Shown here one piece after another: positions 39,067-48,118 of a stretch of 64,000 nucleotides of DNA. Source of the DNA: a virus (taxonomy: Duplodnaviria; Caudoviricetes); the IMG/VR virus record IMGVR_UViG_3300032030_000005, positions 192,001 to 256,000 of that record, one strand, 5' to 3'. The number at the start of each line of letters is the position of its first letter. Within the stretch, counting starts at the first letter, position 1. The notes below the pieces were generated by a model. It was not told the DNA's origin, did not search any database, and was given only the letters and a program-made list of their open reading frames with translations. Made by a program: the position numbers and the translations under genes.

Positions 39067-41766
39067 TTATAAAAATCTATCTTTCATTCTGACTTTTGTT
39101 AATTCTAAATTATTATCAATAAGATAATCATGTAAATTATCATTTGGTGTTAATTTACCACTTTTTAAATCGTTATTTAATTGCTTTTTTACAGAAGTTT
39201 GATACATATAATCTTTAGTCATAAAAGGAGTCATAAATCGTCCATTAACACCAAAGTCTTTTGTAGTAGGTTGATATTTATCATCAACTATTATACAATG
39301 TTTCTTTATCATATCAATAGTCATGATAAATTTATCAACTTTTGCATATTTGATAGAATCTTTTCTTATTGTAATACAGTTTGGTGTATTTGAAGAATGC
39401 CCTAATCCTAATTCCATATCACTATCTAATTTAATAGTATAAATATAAAATTCCAATAATTTTTTATCATAGTTATTCAAATTATCTTTTAAATAATTAA
39501 ATACTGATTTAGTTATAATAGGATTTTGAGAGTTTTTACATCCCATATGTGTTATATTACTATCTACTTTTTTTAAAGTTTTTAAAACTTCAAAACATCC
39601 CCATCCAATAGCTGAATTATATTTAGTCCAAGTAAATAAAGAAAAGCCTTCTTCCTGAAATACATTACCAAAATCTAAACCAACAGATTTTAATTCTTTA
39701 TAATAATTTTTAGAAGCATGATAAACTTTTATAGGACTGTTAATGGTTTCATGTAAAGCTCTTCTTACAGATCTTTTAAAATCATACTTTTGTTTATTAA
39801 GATCCTTTATATAATCTCGACTTCGTTTAATTTCTCTAAAGATATCTTCGATTAAAGGTCGTCCGTCTGGTCTATCTCTCTTTATTCTTCTGATACTTGC
39901 CTGTAAATCACTAGTACCCATTATAATTAAAGGAAGTGTTACCGCTTTTTCAGGAGACATTAAACAAATATTACAACCTTCAAATATAAACTTTTTACTT
40001 CTATATTTAGGATTATTTTTAGTATTATCTAATAACCAATCAAAAAATTTAATCCAAAGTTTATCAGCTTCTGAAGAATCATATCTAATTTGCCATGGTA
40101 ATTCAGGATGTTGGTTAATATAATCTAATATTATTCCAGTTCCTCTTATATTAATTAATCTAGATAATAATTTTTCATATTTTTCTTTTGGTCTGGTTAT
40201 TCTTAATAAAAATAAATCTAAATGAGAAACATATGCATCATATTCTTCTCCTAATTTCATAGAATAAGTACTTTTACCATCACCGCTTGACCCAGTAATC
40301 CAAAGAGGATTTCCTTCTCTCCATTGATCCACGTTTATAGCAAAGTTCTTTTCAGGAATAACTAAAGATTCATTATATGTATTGATTAATTCATTATAAT
40401 TATCTCTATTATTTTTACCAAATAATTCCATAGACTTCTGATCGGAAAGCCTTTTTCTTCGATCATCCATAGAATCCCAGTTCTTCATGACTCTTTCAAG
40501 TTCTTCCTTAGAAGGTTCTTTATGTATTAACTCTATACCAGTTTCAGCTCTCCATTTATGAACTGGATCATTTTTAAGCTTTAAATATATATCATTTCCA
40601 TAATTCTTTTTAATATCTTTTAGATTCATAGGTGGTTCATAGTCTTCATGTAACTTTATACCTTTTTGCTTGATAACTTCATCGAATCTAGTCTGTGGGA
40701 AAGGTTTCTCGTCTAATTCTACTTCACCATCATCATTTATATAACCAAAACCATAACACATATCAAAATGGAAATTAACCATCATATCTCCAACTGTATA
40801 TACATTATCTCTTCCAACTAATTCACTGAATGGATCTATTAAGATATTAGTATCTTTATTTAATACTACAGTATGCTCATATTTATCAGCACTTACTGGT
40901 CTATAAGGAAGTTTTTTGTATGATCCAGACTTAGAAGGCTTAGTTTGCTTCCATCCTATAAGCTCTTCATCTCTTGCTATTTCTGGCATTTGTACGAACT
41001 TCTTAATAGCTTCTAGATTTACATCATACATCTCTTTCATTGAAAGATTCTTATATTCTGGATATCGGTTAAAGAATAATTTGATATAGTGTTTATATTT
41101 TTGTACGTCCTTCTTATTATGTTCTAATAATCTATCAAAATCCTTTTTATTAAAGCTATCTATATTTTCTTTATCAAATTGTTCTTTTTTCTTTAACAGT
41201 TCTTCAAGATTTATAGGAGTATGACTATCCGTCCAGCAATCTAAGTGATTTTCTTTTTCTGAATCCATATATACTCTTTCACCATGAATATGACCATGTA
41301 CATTAATCTTAACTTTCTTATATTTCTTAAGCATTAATGGTTTGTGACTAAAGATAATATCTTTATATTGTAATTCATCAAATACATAATTAAATCCTAA
41401 TGATAAATAATAATCATTATCTTTAAAATCATGATTACCTTTAATAAGTATCTTTATACCATTTAATTGATTATAAAAATATCTAATTAAGTTATCATAA
41501 TCATCTGATAACTTTTTATATGAAGTATCACCCATATATATGAATATATCATTAGGCTTTACTTTAGCTTTTTGCTGAATTATTAATCTCTTTAATTCTA
41601 ATTGTGATTGTTTACCTTTTGTATAGGCATCTTTATAAATATGCCAGTCGGTAGCTAACCATATTCTATTATATGGAGTTCTATCTAAAAGACTCTTCAC
41701 GTAGTCTTCTTGACTTACATTTTCATTAAAGAAATCTATATAATCCATAATATCACCTCTTTTCAA
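39067..41766 (-). CDS. multidomain protein: calcineurin-like metallophosphoesterase, unknown domains, P-loop kinase and ART-like domain
   Basis: TDWH/MGD/GNHD/FSH/HGHIH; WITGSSGDGKST; KVYHAS. Confidence 0.75.
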   Translation of the reverse strand: MKRGDIMDYIDFFNENVSQEDYVKSLLDRTPYNRIWLATDWHIYKDAYTKGKQSQLELKRLIIQQKAKVKPNDIFIYMGDTSYKKLSDDYDNLIRYFYNQLNGIKILIKGNHDFKDNDYYLSLGFNYVFDELQYKDIIFSHKPLMLKKYKKVKINVHGHIHGERVYMDSEKENHLDCWTDSHTPINLEELLKKKEQFDKENIDSFNKKDFDRLLEHNKKDVQKYKHYIKLFFNRYPEYKNLSMKEMYDVNLEAIKKFVQMPEIARDEELIGWKQTKPSKSGSYKKLPYRPVSADKYEHTVVLNKDTNILIDPFSELVGRDNVYTVGDMMVNFHFDMCYGFGYINDDGEVELDEKPFPQTRFDEVIKQKGIKLHEDYEPPMNLKDIKKNYGNDIYLKLKNDPVHKWRAETGIELIHKEPSKEELERVMKNWDSMDDRRKRLSDQKSMELFGKNNRDNYNELINTYNESLVIPEKNFAINVDQWREGNPLWITGSSGDGKSTYSMKLGEEYDAYVSHLDLFLLRITRPKEKYEKLLSRLINIRGTGIILDYINQHPELPWQIRYDSSEADKLWIKFFDWLLDNTKNNPKYRSKKFIFEGCNICLMSPEKAVTLPLIIMGTSDLQASIRRIKRDRPDGRPLIEDIFREIKRSRDYIKDLNKQKYDFKRSVRRALHETINSPIKVYHASKNYYKELKSVGLDFGNVFQEEGFSLFTWTKYNSAIGWGCFEVLKTLKKVDSNITHMGCKNSQNPIITKSVFNYLKDNLNNYDKKLLEFYIYTIKLDSDMELGLGHSSNTPNCITIRKDSIKYAKVDKFIMTIDMIKKHCIIVDDKYQPTTKDFGVNGRFMTPFMTKDYMYQTSVKKQLNNDLKSGKLTPNDNLHDYLIDNNLELTKVRMKDRFL

Positions 41767-41774
41767 TCTTAAGA

Positions 41775-42449
41775 TTAAGACTTGTTAACGGTACTATATA
41801 AATTAGTATCTCTCCACATATCATAATGTCCTTTAGCTTCTGTATCCCAATATTCACCACTACCATGAATATGACCATGTATATTAATATTGTATATAGA
41901 TTGACATACATAAGTTTTAGTAAATCTACGGTAATTCCAAAAATAATTACTATCAACAATAGGACGTTTTGATGTTAGATTTTTATCCCATATGGCTGGT
42001 AGATGAGTGAATACTATATTCTTATAAGTCAAATGATCTACTATATAGATGAATCCACATTCTTTATAATAGTTATCTGATAATATATCATGATTCCCTC
42101 TTACTAATATTTTTTTAATAGGTAAGCTTTTAAAAAAGATTTTAATCTTTTCATTTTGCTCTAGTGTACAGTCTACATGATCAATATCTCCTAAGACTAT
42201 TAGTATATCATCATTTCCTAATTTTTTACATTCATTAAAGAATTTATCCATTTTTACTTTAGTATTAAATGGTTTTTTATTTCTACATTCATTCTTATAG
42301 AAATGTAAATCGGTTGCCATATAAATTTGATTAGGTTTTTCCCCACTAACAAATGTTATGGCATTTTGTAAATCATTGTCTATCATTCTTATCACTTCCC
42401 TTATTATAAGATAAATATAATTAAAAGTTGTAAACCGTATTAAACGCAT
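41775..42449 (-). CDS. calcineurin-like metallophosphoesterase (paralogue of the downstream gene's N-domain)
   Basis: TDLH, LGD, GNHD, FTH, HGHIH; true start probably ~42386. Confidence 0.88.
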   Translation of the reverse strand: MRLIRFTTFNYIYLIIREVIRMIDNDLQNAITFVSGEKPNQIYMATDLHFYKNECRNKKPFNTKVKMDKFFNECKKLGNDDILIVLGDIDHVDCTLEQNEKIKIFFKSLPIKKILVRGNHDILSDNYYKECGFIYIVDHLTYKNIVFTHLPAIWDKNLTSKRPIVDSNYFWNYRRFTKTYVCQSIYNINIHGHIHGSGEYWDTEAKGHYDMWRDTNLYSTVNKS

Positions 42450-42551
42450 ATTCTATTTATATATTATAATTGTGAATAAGTTAATAAGGTGGGATTAACT
42501 TATTCTAATTAATATTAACACCCACAATGTTATCTTTAGGAGGATACACAT

Positions 42552-42878
42552 ATGACACAGACAACAAGAAAGATACTTACAAATGCATTTTCTTTACAGA
42601 TGTTAGCAGAACTGAATGCTGACGTTACTGTAAGAGAAATCACACCAGCAGAAGTGCCAGAAGACACAGAGTCAGCAATGGGTCATGCTGACATCGCAGC
42701 AGTCGCTGGAAGTGTCCTCGGACGTGAAATTCCAGTGGTTAGAAGTTCACAGAAGCTCACTGAAACAGATGAGCTTTATGTTGCACAGTTCATGGGAGGA
42801 CGCCTCCCAGAAGGTGCAACGACCCTTCCGGAAGGTTTCAGTATTAAGTGGTTAAAGATTACTGTCAAGTACAGATAA
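42552..42878 (+). CDS. acrIII-1: AcrIII-1 (DUF1874) cA4 ring nuclease, anti-CRISPR
   Basis: NAFSLQML, SAMGHADIA (catalytic GH), VVR, GRLPEGATTLPEG, the signature of the STIV B116/YddF family; early promoter at 42458. Confidence 0.85.
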   Translation: MTQTTRKILTNAFSLQMLAELNADVTVREITPAEVPEDTESAMGHADIAAVAGSVLGREIPVVRSSQKLTETDELYVAQFMGGRLPEGATTLPEGFSIKWLKITVKYR

Positions 42879-43033
42879 AATAACCACTTAATACTGATCT
42901 TTTAATTAAGCACATGGGACTCCCCTTACTGTGTGCTTAATTTTTTACATTATTCGTGTTATTTTTTTTTTCATTATATATTAATAGAAACAAACAATGA
43001 GTTATTAATTATATAAAGAAAGGATTGATATAT

Positions 43034-44225
43034 ATGAATCAAACTGAAGGATTTATTGTTTGTGAAGAGTTTACAGCTTCTACACCATCTATTTTAGCAG
43101 ATGATAATAAATCTATTGTGTTTGAAGCTACTTTACAAGAAGCTGATGCACCTAATAGAAATAAGCGTATATATGGTAAAGATGTATTATCTGAAGCTTT
43201 AAATAATCCTACTGTTAGAGAAAAGATAGCTCATAAAGCTTTCTATGGTGAGGCTGGACACCCTCTTTCTACAGATATAAAACGCCAAGCATATATAGAT
43301 CAACATAATATAAGTCATATTGTATGTTCTACAAAATGGGAAGGTAATATTCTTAAAGGCATTGTAGAAACAGCACAAACTAGTACTGGTTTTGACATGA
43401 GAGGTTTAATTAGACAAGGTTCACAAGTATCATTTTCATTAAGAGCTCTTGGTAATATTATTAAACCAGATGGTCAATATCAAAGAGTCTTTGGTCCTTT
43501 AATGATCATTTGTTACGATTGGGTCGGCTCTATCATAAGATAAATAATTTGTGGCTCAATTAAAACTCCTTTAATTGCTGGAACGTCCTATAAATGGGAT
43601 AATCAGCAGCCAAGACTTAAAAGAAGACTTCATTCGTAAGATGTCTTTTTTTTTTTAAGTAAGGTTCAACGACTATCGAAACCATAGGTTCTAAAAAGAA
43701 CTGAAGAAGGGAGTAGAGTACCGCCTAAGCGATTGAGGTTCTGGTGTAGAGTAATAATCTAGTAATTCCAGATTAAAGGGAAATGGGGAGCAGCATGTAT
43801 TAGCCATATACATCTGAAGATATAGTCTTATCTATACAGTAATGTATAGCTGTTTAATATAAACGTATATAGTGTAGCGAACTATATAGAAAAGGAATAA
43901 ATGCACAATTCCATCTCATGATAAAGCATATATGGGAAAAATTATTTCTGAAGACTTTAATAGATTAGAACAAAATGGAATTATTACAGAAGGTCTTATT
44001 AACTTTAAAATGGCTGATTTAGCTGAATATGTAATGCAACAGGATAATAAGCTTAGCTGTATTTGTGAATCATTAGGATTTAATATAGATAGTGATTTCT
44101 CTAATGTAGATGTAGATAGACGTAATAAGTTATTATCTATTAAAGAAGGTAATGAAACACTTAAATTATTCTTAAAGAATTCAGTAGTAAATAATATGGA
44201 TAATTATTTCAAGTATAAGTTTTAA
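43034..44225 (+). CDS. prohead core protease split by a group I intron; exons 43034-43524 and 43904-44225
   Basis: NRNKRIY, GEAGHP, FSLRALG; splicing restores YDW-V-TIPSHDKAY (DxVxxPS). Confidence 0.9.
43525..43903 (+). mobile_element. group I intron (ORF-less) in the prohead protease gene
   Basis: P1 ATTGGGT/GCTCAAT with U·G pair; P10 TTGTG/CACAA; P7 GACTA/TAGTC; omega-G at 43903. Confidence 0.92.
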
Positions 44226-44248
44226 TTGAATATATAGCATAAGTTGAT

Positions 44249-44260
44249 AACAAAAATTTA
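44249..44260 (+). promoter_or_regulatory. late (nvRNAP-type) promoter AACA-N6-TA
   Basis: Also at 988, 1184 (TG), 42993, 50765, 57641, 60702 (+) and 5334-5345, 25350-25361, 26564-26575, 28542-28553, 38560-38571, 47656-47667 (-). Confidence 0.8.
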
Positions 44261-44350
44261 TAATTACTTATTTTAAATTATATTTGTTAATTTAAAATAA
44301 ATTAATATTAATTTATTCTATATAAATATTAAAGAAAGTAGGTATTAATT

Positions 44351-45364
44351 ATGAATTACAGAGATCTTATTTTAGAATCTTATCTCGAAGATAATGATTA
44401 TGAAGCATATGATGAAGAATACGATGATGCATATGATGAATATGATGAAGATGAAGAATATGAAGCATATGACGAAGAGTATGATGATGATGAAGCACTT
44501 GAAGCATACCTTGAAGGTTACTACTATGCATTAGAATCATTAGATGATCGTAGAGCTGACGGTTCTGTAAAGTACTATTCGTATAATAAGAAGGGTAAGC
44601 AAGGTGCTGAAGTTACAAGAAACGTAGATGCTGATGGTAGAGTTTACTATACTAATGCAAAGGGTAAGAGACTTAAGGATGGCGTTTCTGTAAAGGCTGC
44701 TATTAATAAGGGTAAGGGCGAATTCGGCGTTGGTACAGTTACAAGAAGCAAAGCTGCAATTCAGAAGGATATTAAGGATACAGGCAATCGTGTTGCTAGC
44801 GGTGCTTCAAAGAATACTGGTATTGCTAATGCTTCTAGATCACAAGGTAATATTTCTAAGACTGCTGAAACTGCAAGAAATGCTGAGTTTGCTGCTAAGA
44901 ACAGAGAAGATAATCTTAAGAGACAGCACAGAGCTGAAAAGAAAGAACTTCAGAATAGACTTGCTAGAGCTAATCAGGAAATTACTAACTCAAGAGAATA
45001 TGGTTTCAAGTCTGGTGAACGTTCAGGCTATGAAAAGGGTAATACTGCTGGTACTAAGAAGGGCCGTGCTCAGGGTGCAGCTGTTGCCGGTGGTGCAGCT
45101 TTAGCTGTTGCTGGTGGTGTAGCTGCTGCAAAGGCTATTAAGCTTGATAAGGAATATAAGGCTTATACAGCTGCTGGTGGTAAGCTTTCTAAGAAGGAAT
45201 GGTTATCAAAGGGTAAGCCATCACCATCTGTTGTTGAAAAAGCTGTAGCTAAGATCAAGCATGAAGCATATAATGAAATCGCTGATATGGTTTATGAAGA
45301 TGCTTTAAATGAAGGTTATGAACTTGCTATTGCTGAACTTTGTGCTGAAGAAGATTATGAATAA
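44351..45364 (+). CDS. putative head-packaged protein (glycine-zipper family)
   Basis: Very acidic pro-region ending EAYLEGYYYALE; basic core; GAAVAGGAALAVAGG; acidic tail. Confidence 0.65.
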   Translation: MNYRDLILESYLEDNDYEAYDEEYDDAYDEYDEDEEYEAYDEEYDDDEALEAYLEGYYYALESLDDRRADGSVKYYSYNKKGKQGAEVTRNVDADGRVYYTNAKGKRLKDGVSVKAAINKGKGEFGVGTVTRSKAAIQKDIKDTGNRVASGASKNTGIANASRSQGNISKTAETARNAEFAAKNREDNLKRQHRAEKKELQNRLARANQEITNSREYGFKSGERSGYEKGNTAGTKKGRAQGAAVAGGAALAVAGGVAAAKAIKLDKEYKAYTAAGGKLSKKEWLSKGKPSPSVVEKAVAKIKHEAYNEIADMVYEDALNEGYELAIAELCAEEDYE

Positions 45365-45446
45365 TAAATAAAAAAAAAATATATAAAATTTACTCTAAGG
45401 TTTAAATAAACCTTAGAGTAAATTTTTTAACGAAAGAAGTGTTAGT

Positions 45447-46406
45447 ATGACTTATAATGAATATTTGAATGAAAGTAATGAATCAGATAAAGAAAAATTA
45501 AAAAGATTAAAAGTTGAATATAGAGCATATTGTAAACAATGTAAAGCAGAAAAAAAGAAGCCAAAATCATTTAAAGAATTCTTATATGATAAACATGAAA
45601 CTATTAAAAAGGTTAATACCGGAGCTGCTACTGCTGGTATAGTTGGTGGTGCTGCTGCCGCTAAAGCTGGTCATGAAGCATATAAGGGATTTAAGCGTGT
45701 ATATCATGCAACACAGAATAGAAAAGATAATCCAAATGTATTAAAGTCTATCGATAAAGAAGGTTTAACCAGAAGACATGGTGGCGAAGCCGGATCTAAA
45801 GCTGATACAGAATCCGCTTTAGCAGGTAAGCATAAATTATTTAGTACTCTTGGTGATGCTCAAGAAAATAATAAAGGGCAAGTGCAATATGCTAAATTAA
45901 GTCATGTTGTTGGATATGTTGCTTTACCAAAATATACTAAGGGTTCTAAATTAAAAGATAGAAAAATTTATAAAATAGATTTACCATATGATGATTATAA
46001 AAAATCTAAAACAGATACAAATATATCTAAAGCTATACATAAGCTTGGACATGTTCCTAAAAAAGCAGCTGATAAAATAACAGATATAACTACTGGTGCT
46101 AAAATGATGGGTCATAAAGATATAGATCCTAGATTATTAGCTAATAATAAAGCATATTCAAAGAAAGAGAAAAAGGCTTTTAAGAAAGAAATATATAAAG
46201 ATTATGTAAAGAATCATAAAAATAGACATATAAGTGGGGGCGTAGTAGCAGCAGCCGGAGGTGCAGCAGCTGCAACAGGTGCTGGATTAGCTGTAAAAAC
46301 GTTAAAAGATGTTTCTACTAGAAAAAAAGCATATAAGAAATATAAAGAACAAGGCGGAAAATTAAGTTACAAAGAATTTTGTATTAAAGCATATAAAAAT
46401 TATTAA
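45447..46406 (+). CDS. putative head-packaged protein with an ART-like core between two glycine zippers
   Basis: YLNE site; GAATAGIVGGAAA; RVYHAT...LKSIDKEGL; GGVVAAAGGAAAATGAG. Confidence 0.55.
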   Translation: MTYNEYLNESNESDKEKLKRLKVEYRAYCKQCKAEKKKPKSFKEFLYDKHETIKKVNTGAATAGIVGGAAAAKAGHEAYKGFKRVYHATQNRKDNPNVLKSIDKEGLTRRHGGEAGSKADTESALAGKHKLFSTLGDAQENNKGQVQYAKLSHVVGYVALPKYTKGSKLKDRKIYKIDLPYDDYKKSKTDTNISKAIHKLGHVPKKAADKITDITTGAKMMGHKDIDPRLLANNKAYSKKEKKAFKKEIYKDYVKNHKNRHISGGVVAAAGGAAAATGAGLAVKTLKDVSTRKKAYKKYKEQGGKLSYKEFCIKAYKNY

Positions 46407-46421
46407 AAAAGGTGAATTGAT

Positions 46422-46979
46422 ATGAATTATGAAGAATTATTCTTAGAGGGTTATTACGATGCATTAGAAGAATTAAATGATATCTTTTTAGAAGGATCTA
46501 CAACTGCAAAATATTTAAATCATCATAGTTTAGGTGGTACATTTTTTGGACCTCCATTATTTAGATGGTTTAATTCAGAACTTAAAAAAGGTGATAGCTT
46601 TATGGGTGTCCATAAGTTATATCCTAAATATTTAAAATATTGTGCTAAAAGAGGATATTCTGCTTTATCTAAAGAAGAATTTATCGAAGAAGGTAAAAAA
46701 TATTATACTTTAAAAGCTAAAGTAGATGTTAATCAACTTGGTGGTAGTGTTCTTGGTGGTGCATTATCTGGTTATGGTACAACAATGGCAGATGCTGCAG
46801 CTATGGATACTGCTATTACTGGTGGTGCTATTAGTACATCTGCACTGTCTGCAGGTACTGCATTTGGTATTGCTGGTGGTCTTATGGCAGCTGGAAGTAA
46901 TATAGCATCTGAAGTATATAGAAGAAAACCAGAATTTGTAGATAAAGCAAAAATGAGACATGACCTTAAAGGTATTTAA
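46422..46979 (+). CDS. putative head-packaged protein (glycine-zipper family)
   Basis: LFLEGYYDALEE...FLE; long Gly/Ala hydrophobic stretch. Confidence 0.6.
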   Translation: MNYEELFLEGYYDALEELNDIFLEGSTTAKYLNHHSLGGTFFGPPLFRWFNSELKKGDSFMGVHKLYPKYLKYCAKRGYSALSKEEFIEEGKKYYTLKAKVDVNQLGGSVLGGALSGYGTTMADAAAMDTAITGGAISTSALSAGTAFGIAGGLMAAGSNIASEVYRRKPEFVDKAKMRHDLKGI

Positions 46980-46986
46980 AAATTAA

Positions 46987-47030
46987 TCCCTAAAGACTAT
47001 ATAGTCTTTAGGGAATTTTATTTTTTTTTT
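46987..47030. terminator. bidirectional terminator (CCCTAAAG family)
   Basis: TCCCTAAAGACTA/TAGTCTTTAGGGA between convergent genes. Confidence 0.85.
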
Positions 47031-47032
47031 AA

Positions 47033-47626
47033 TTAAAATTTTGGTTTGCCTATTGATTTCCACTGATTAAATGAAATATTTTTACGTTTCTCAGGTTTCA
47101 TACTTTGCCAATGTTTATAGTTACTATAATCAGATGCAGATTTAATAACTGCTGCACCTATTATAGCACCACCAATAGCTTTTTTATGTTTACCTACAAA
47201 TTCACCAGTTGATTTAGCAGTTTCTTTAGCAGTTTTTATCTTTTTATCAATTTCTCTTTTTCTACGTTCTGCAAGCTTATCATCTCTTTGTAATTGTCTG
47301 TTCATTTTGATATCTTTTACATCTTCTGTATTATTAACATCATCTATACGTTTTTCTCTATTATAACTATCTTTATTACGTGTTTTTTCAGATTTATACT
47401 TATCTCTTTTACGATTATTTTCTAAGTGCATATCAAGTTTTTCAGAACGATATTTATCTTTCTTACGTTCATTATTTAAACGATGATCAAGCAATCCTTC
47501 ACATATATTTAAAAATTCTTCATACTGTATATCTACATCCGGTCTAGTTCTAAGCATTTCTAAATATACTCGATATGATAATTCTGAATTGTTATTACAT
47601 TCTAATAAAATATCTATATTATTCAT
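47033..47626 (-). CDS. putative head-packaged protein (glycine-zipper family)
   Basis: ILLE/YLE sites, basic core, AIGGAIIGAAV, SFNQWKSIGKP (cf. SKKEWLSKGKP in 44351). Confidence 0.6.
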   Translation of the reverse strand: MNNIDILLECNNNSELSYRVYLEMLRTRPDVDIQYEEFLNICEGLLDHRLNNERKKDKYRSEKLDMHLENNRKRDKYKSEKTRNKDSYNREKRIDDVNNTEDVKDIKMNRQLQRDDKLAERRKREIDKKIKTAKETAKSTGEFVGKHKKAIGGAIIGAAVIKSASDYSNYKHWQSMKPEKRKNISFNQWKSIGKPKF

Positions 47627-47797
47627 TATATGTCACCTCTTGTATATTAATAATATAAAAAGATGTTGATCTAATAATTTATAATTCTAAAAACCGTATC
47701 TAATATATATTCTGAATATATTATAATTGTGAATAAAGAAACATTAAGACCTGATCAAGTCTTAAACAAAAACTGATCTATTCTAAGGAGGAATAGT

Positions 47798-47830
47798 ATG
47801 GAAAATATTAATATTTCAAAGAAAAAGTAA
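47798..47830 (+). CDS. 10-aa micro-ORF MENINISKKK
   Basis: Perfect SD AAGGAGG; sits between a leader pseudoknot and a terminator. Confidence 0.35.
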   Translation: MENINISKKK

Positions 47831-47923
47831 TACATACTAATTATAGTATGTATTACTTTTTTACTAAATTTTTTTAAAATATATATTATTTTTTTAGTAA
47901 TTTTTAACCATGGAGGACTTATT

Positions 47924-48118
47924 ATGAATTTTAATTTTGAGGTAAAAAAGATTGACAGAACTGATAAGGATGTTGCAATAAAGAATCATCCGGGTGAATA
48001 TTATTATATAGTATCCACTAAAACAGTATACTACAGTAGAGCTAAAGCATCTGCTAATAAAAATGGGCCATTAGATAAAATGGTAACAGTACAGTTTCCA
48101 AAGGAGGTAATATTATGA
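47924..48118 (+). CDS. small early hypothetical protein
   Basis: Early promoter 47877, SD GGAGG. Confidence 0.65.
   Translation: MNFNFEVKKIDRTDKDVAIKNHPGEYYYIVSTKTVYYSRAKASANKNGPLDKMVTVQFPKEVIL

Noticed and set aside
43025-44225. Protease as a pseudogene or two separate genes
   Set aside because: The intervening sequence is a complete group I intron, and splicing restores the frame and the catalytic motif.
44390-44500. GATGAAGAATAT-like tandem repeats (also ~53320-53480)
   Set aside because: Low-complexity coding for Asp/Glu/Tyr tracts, not a separate DNA element.
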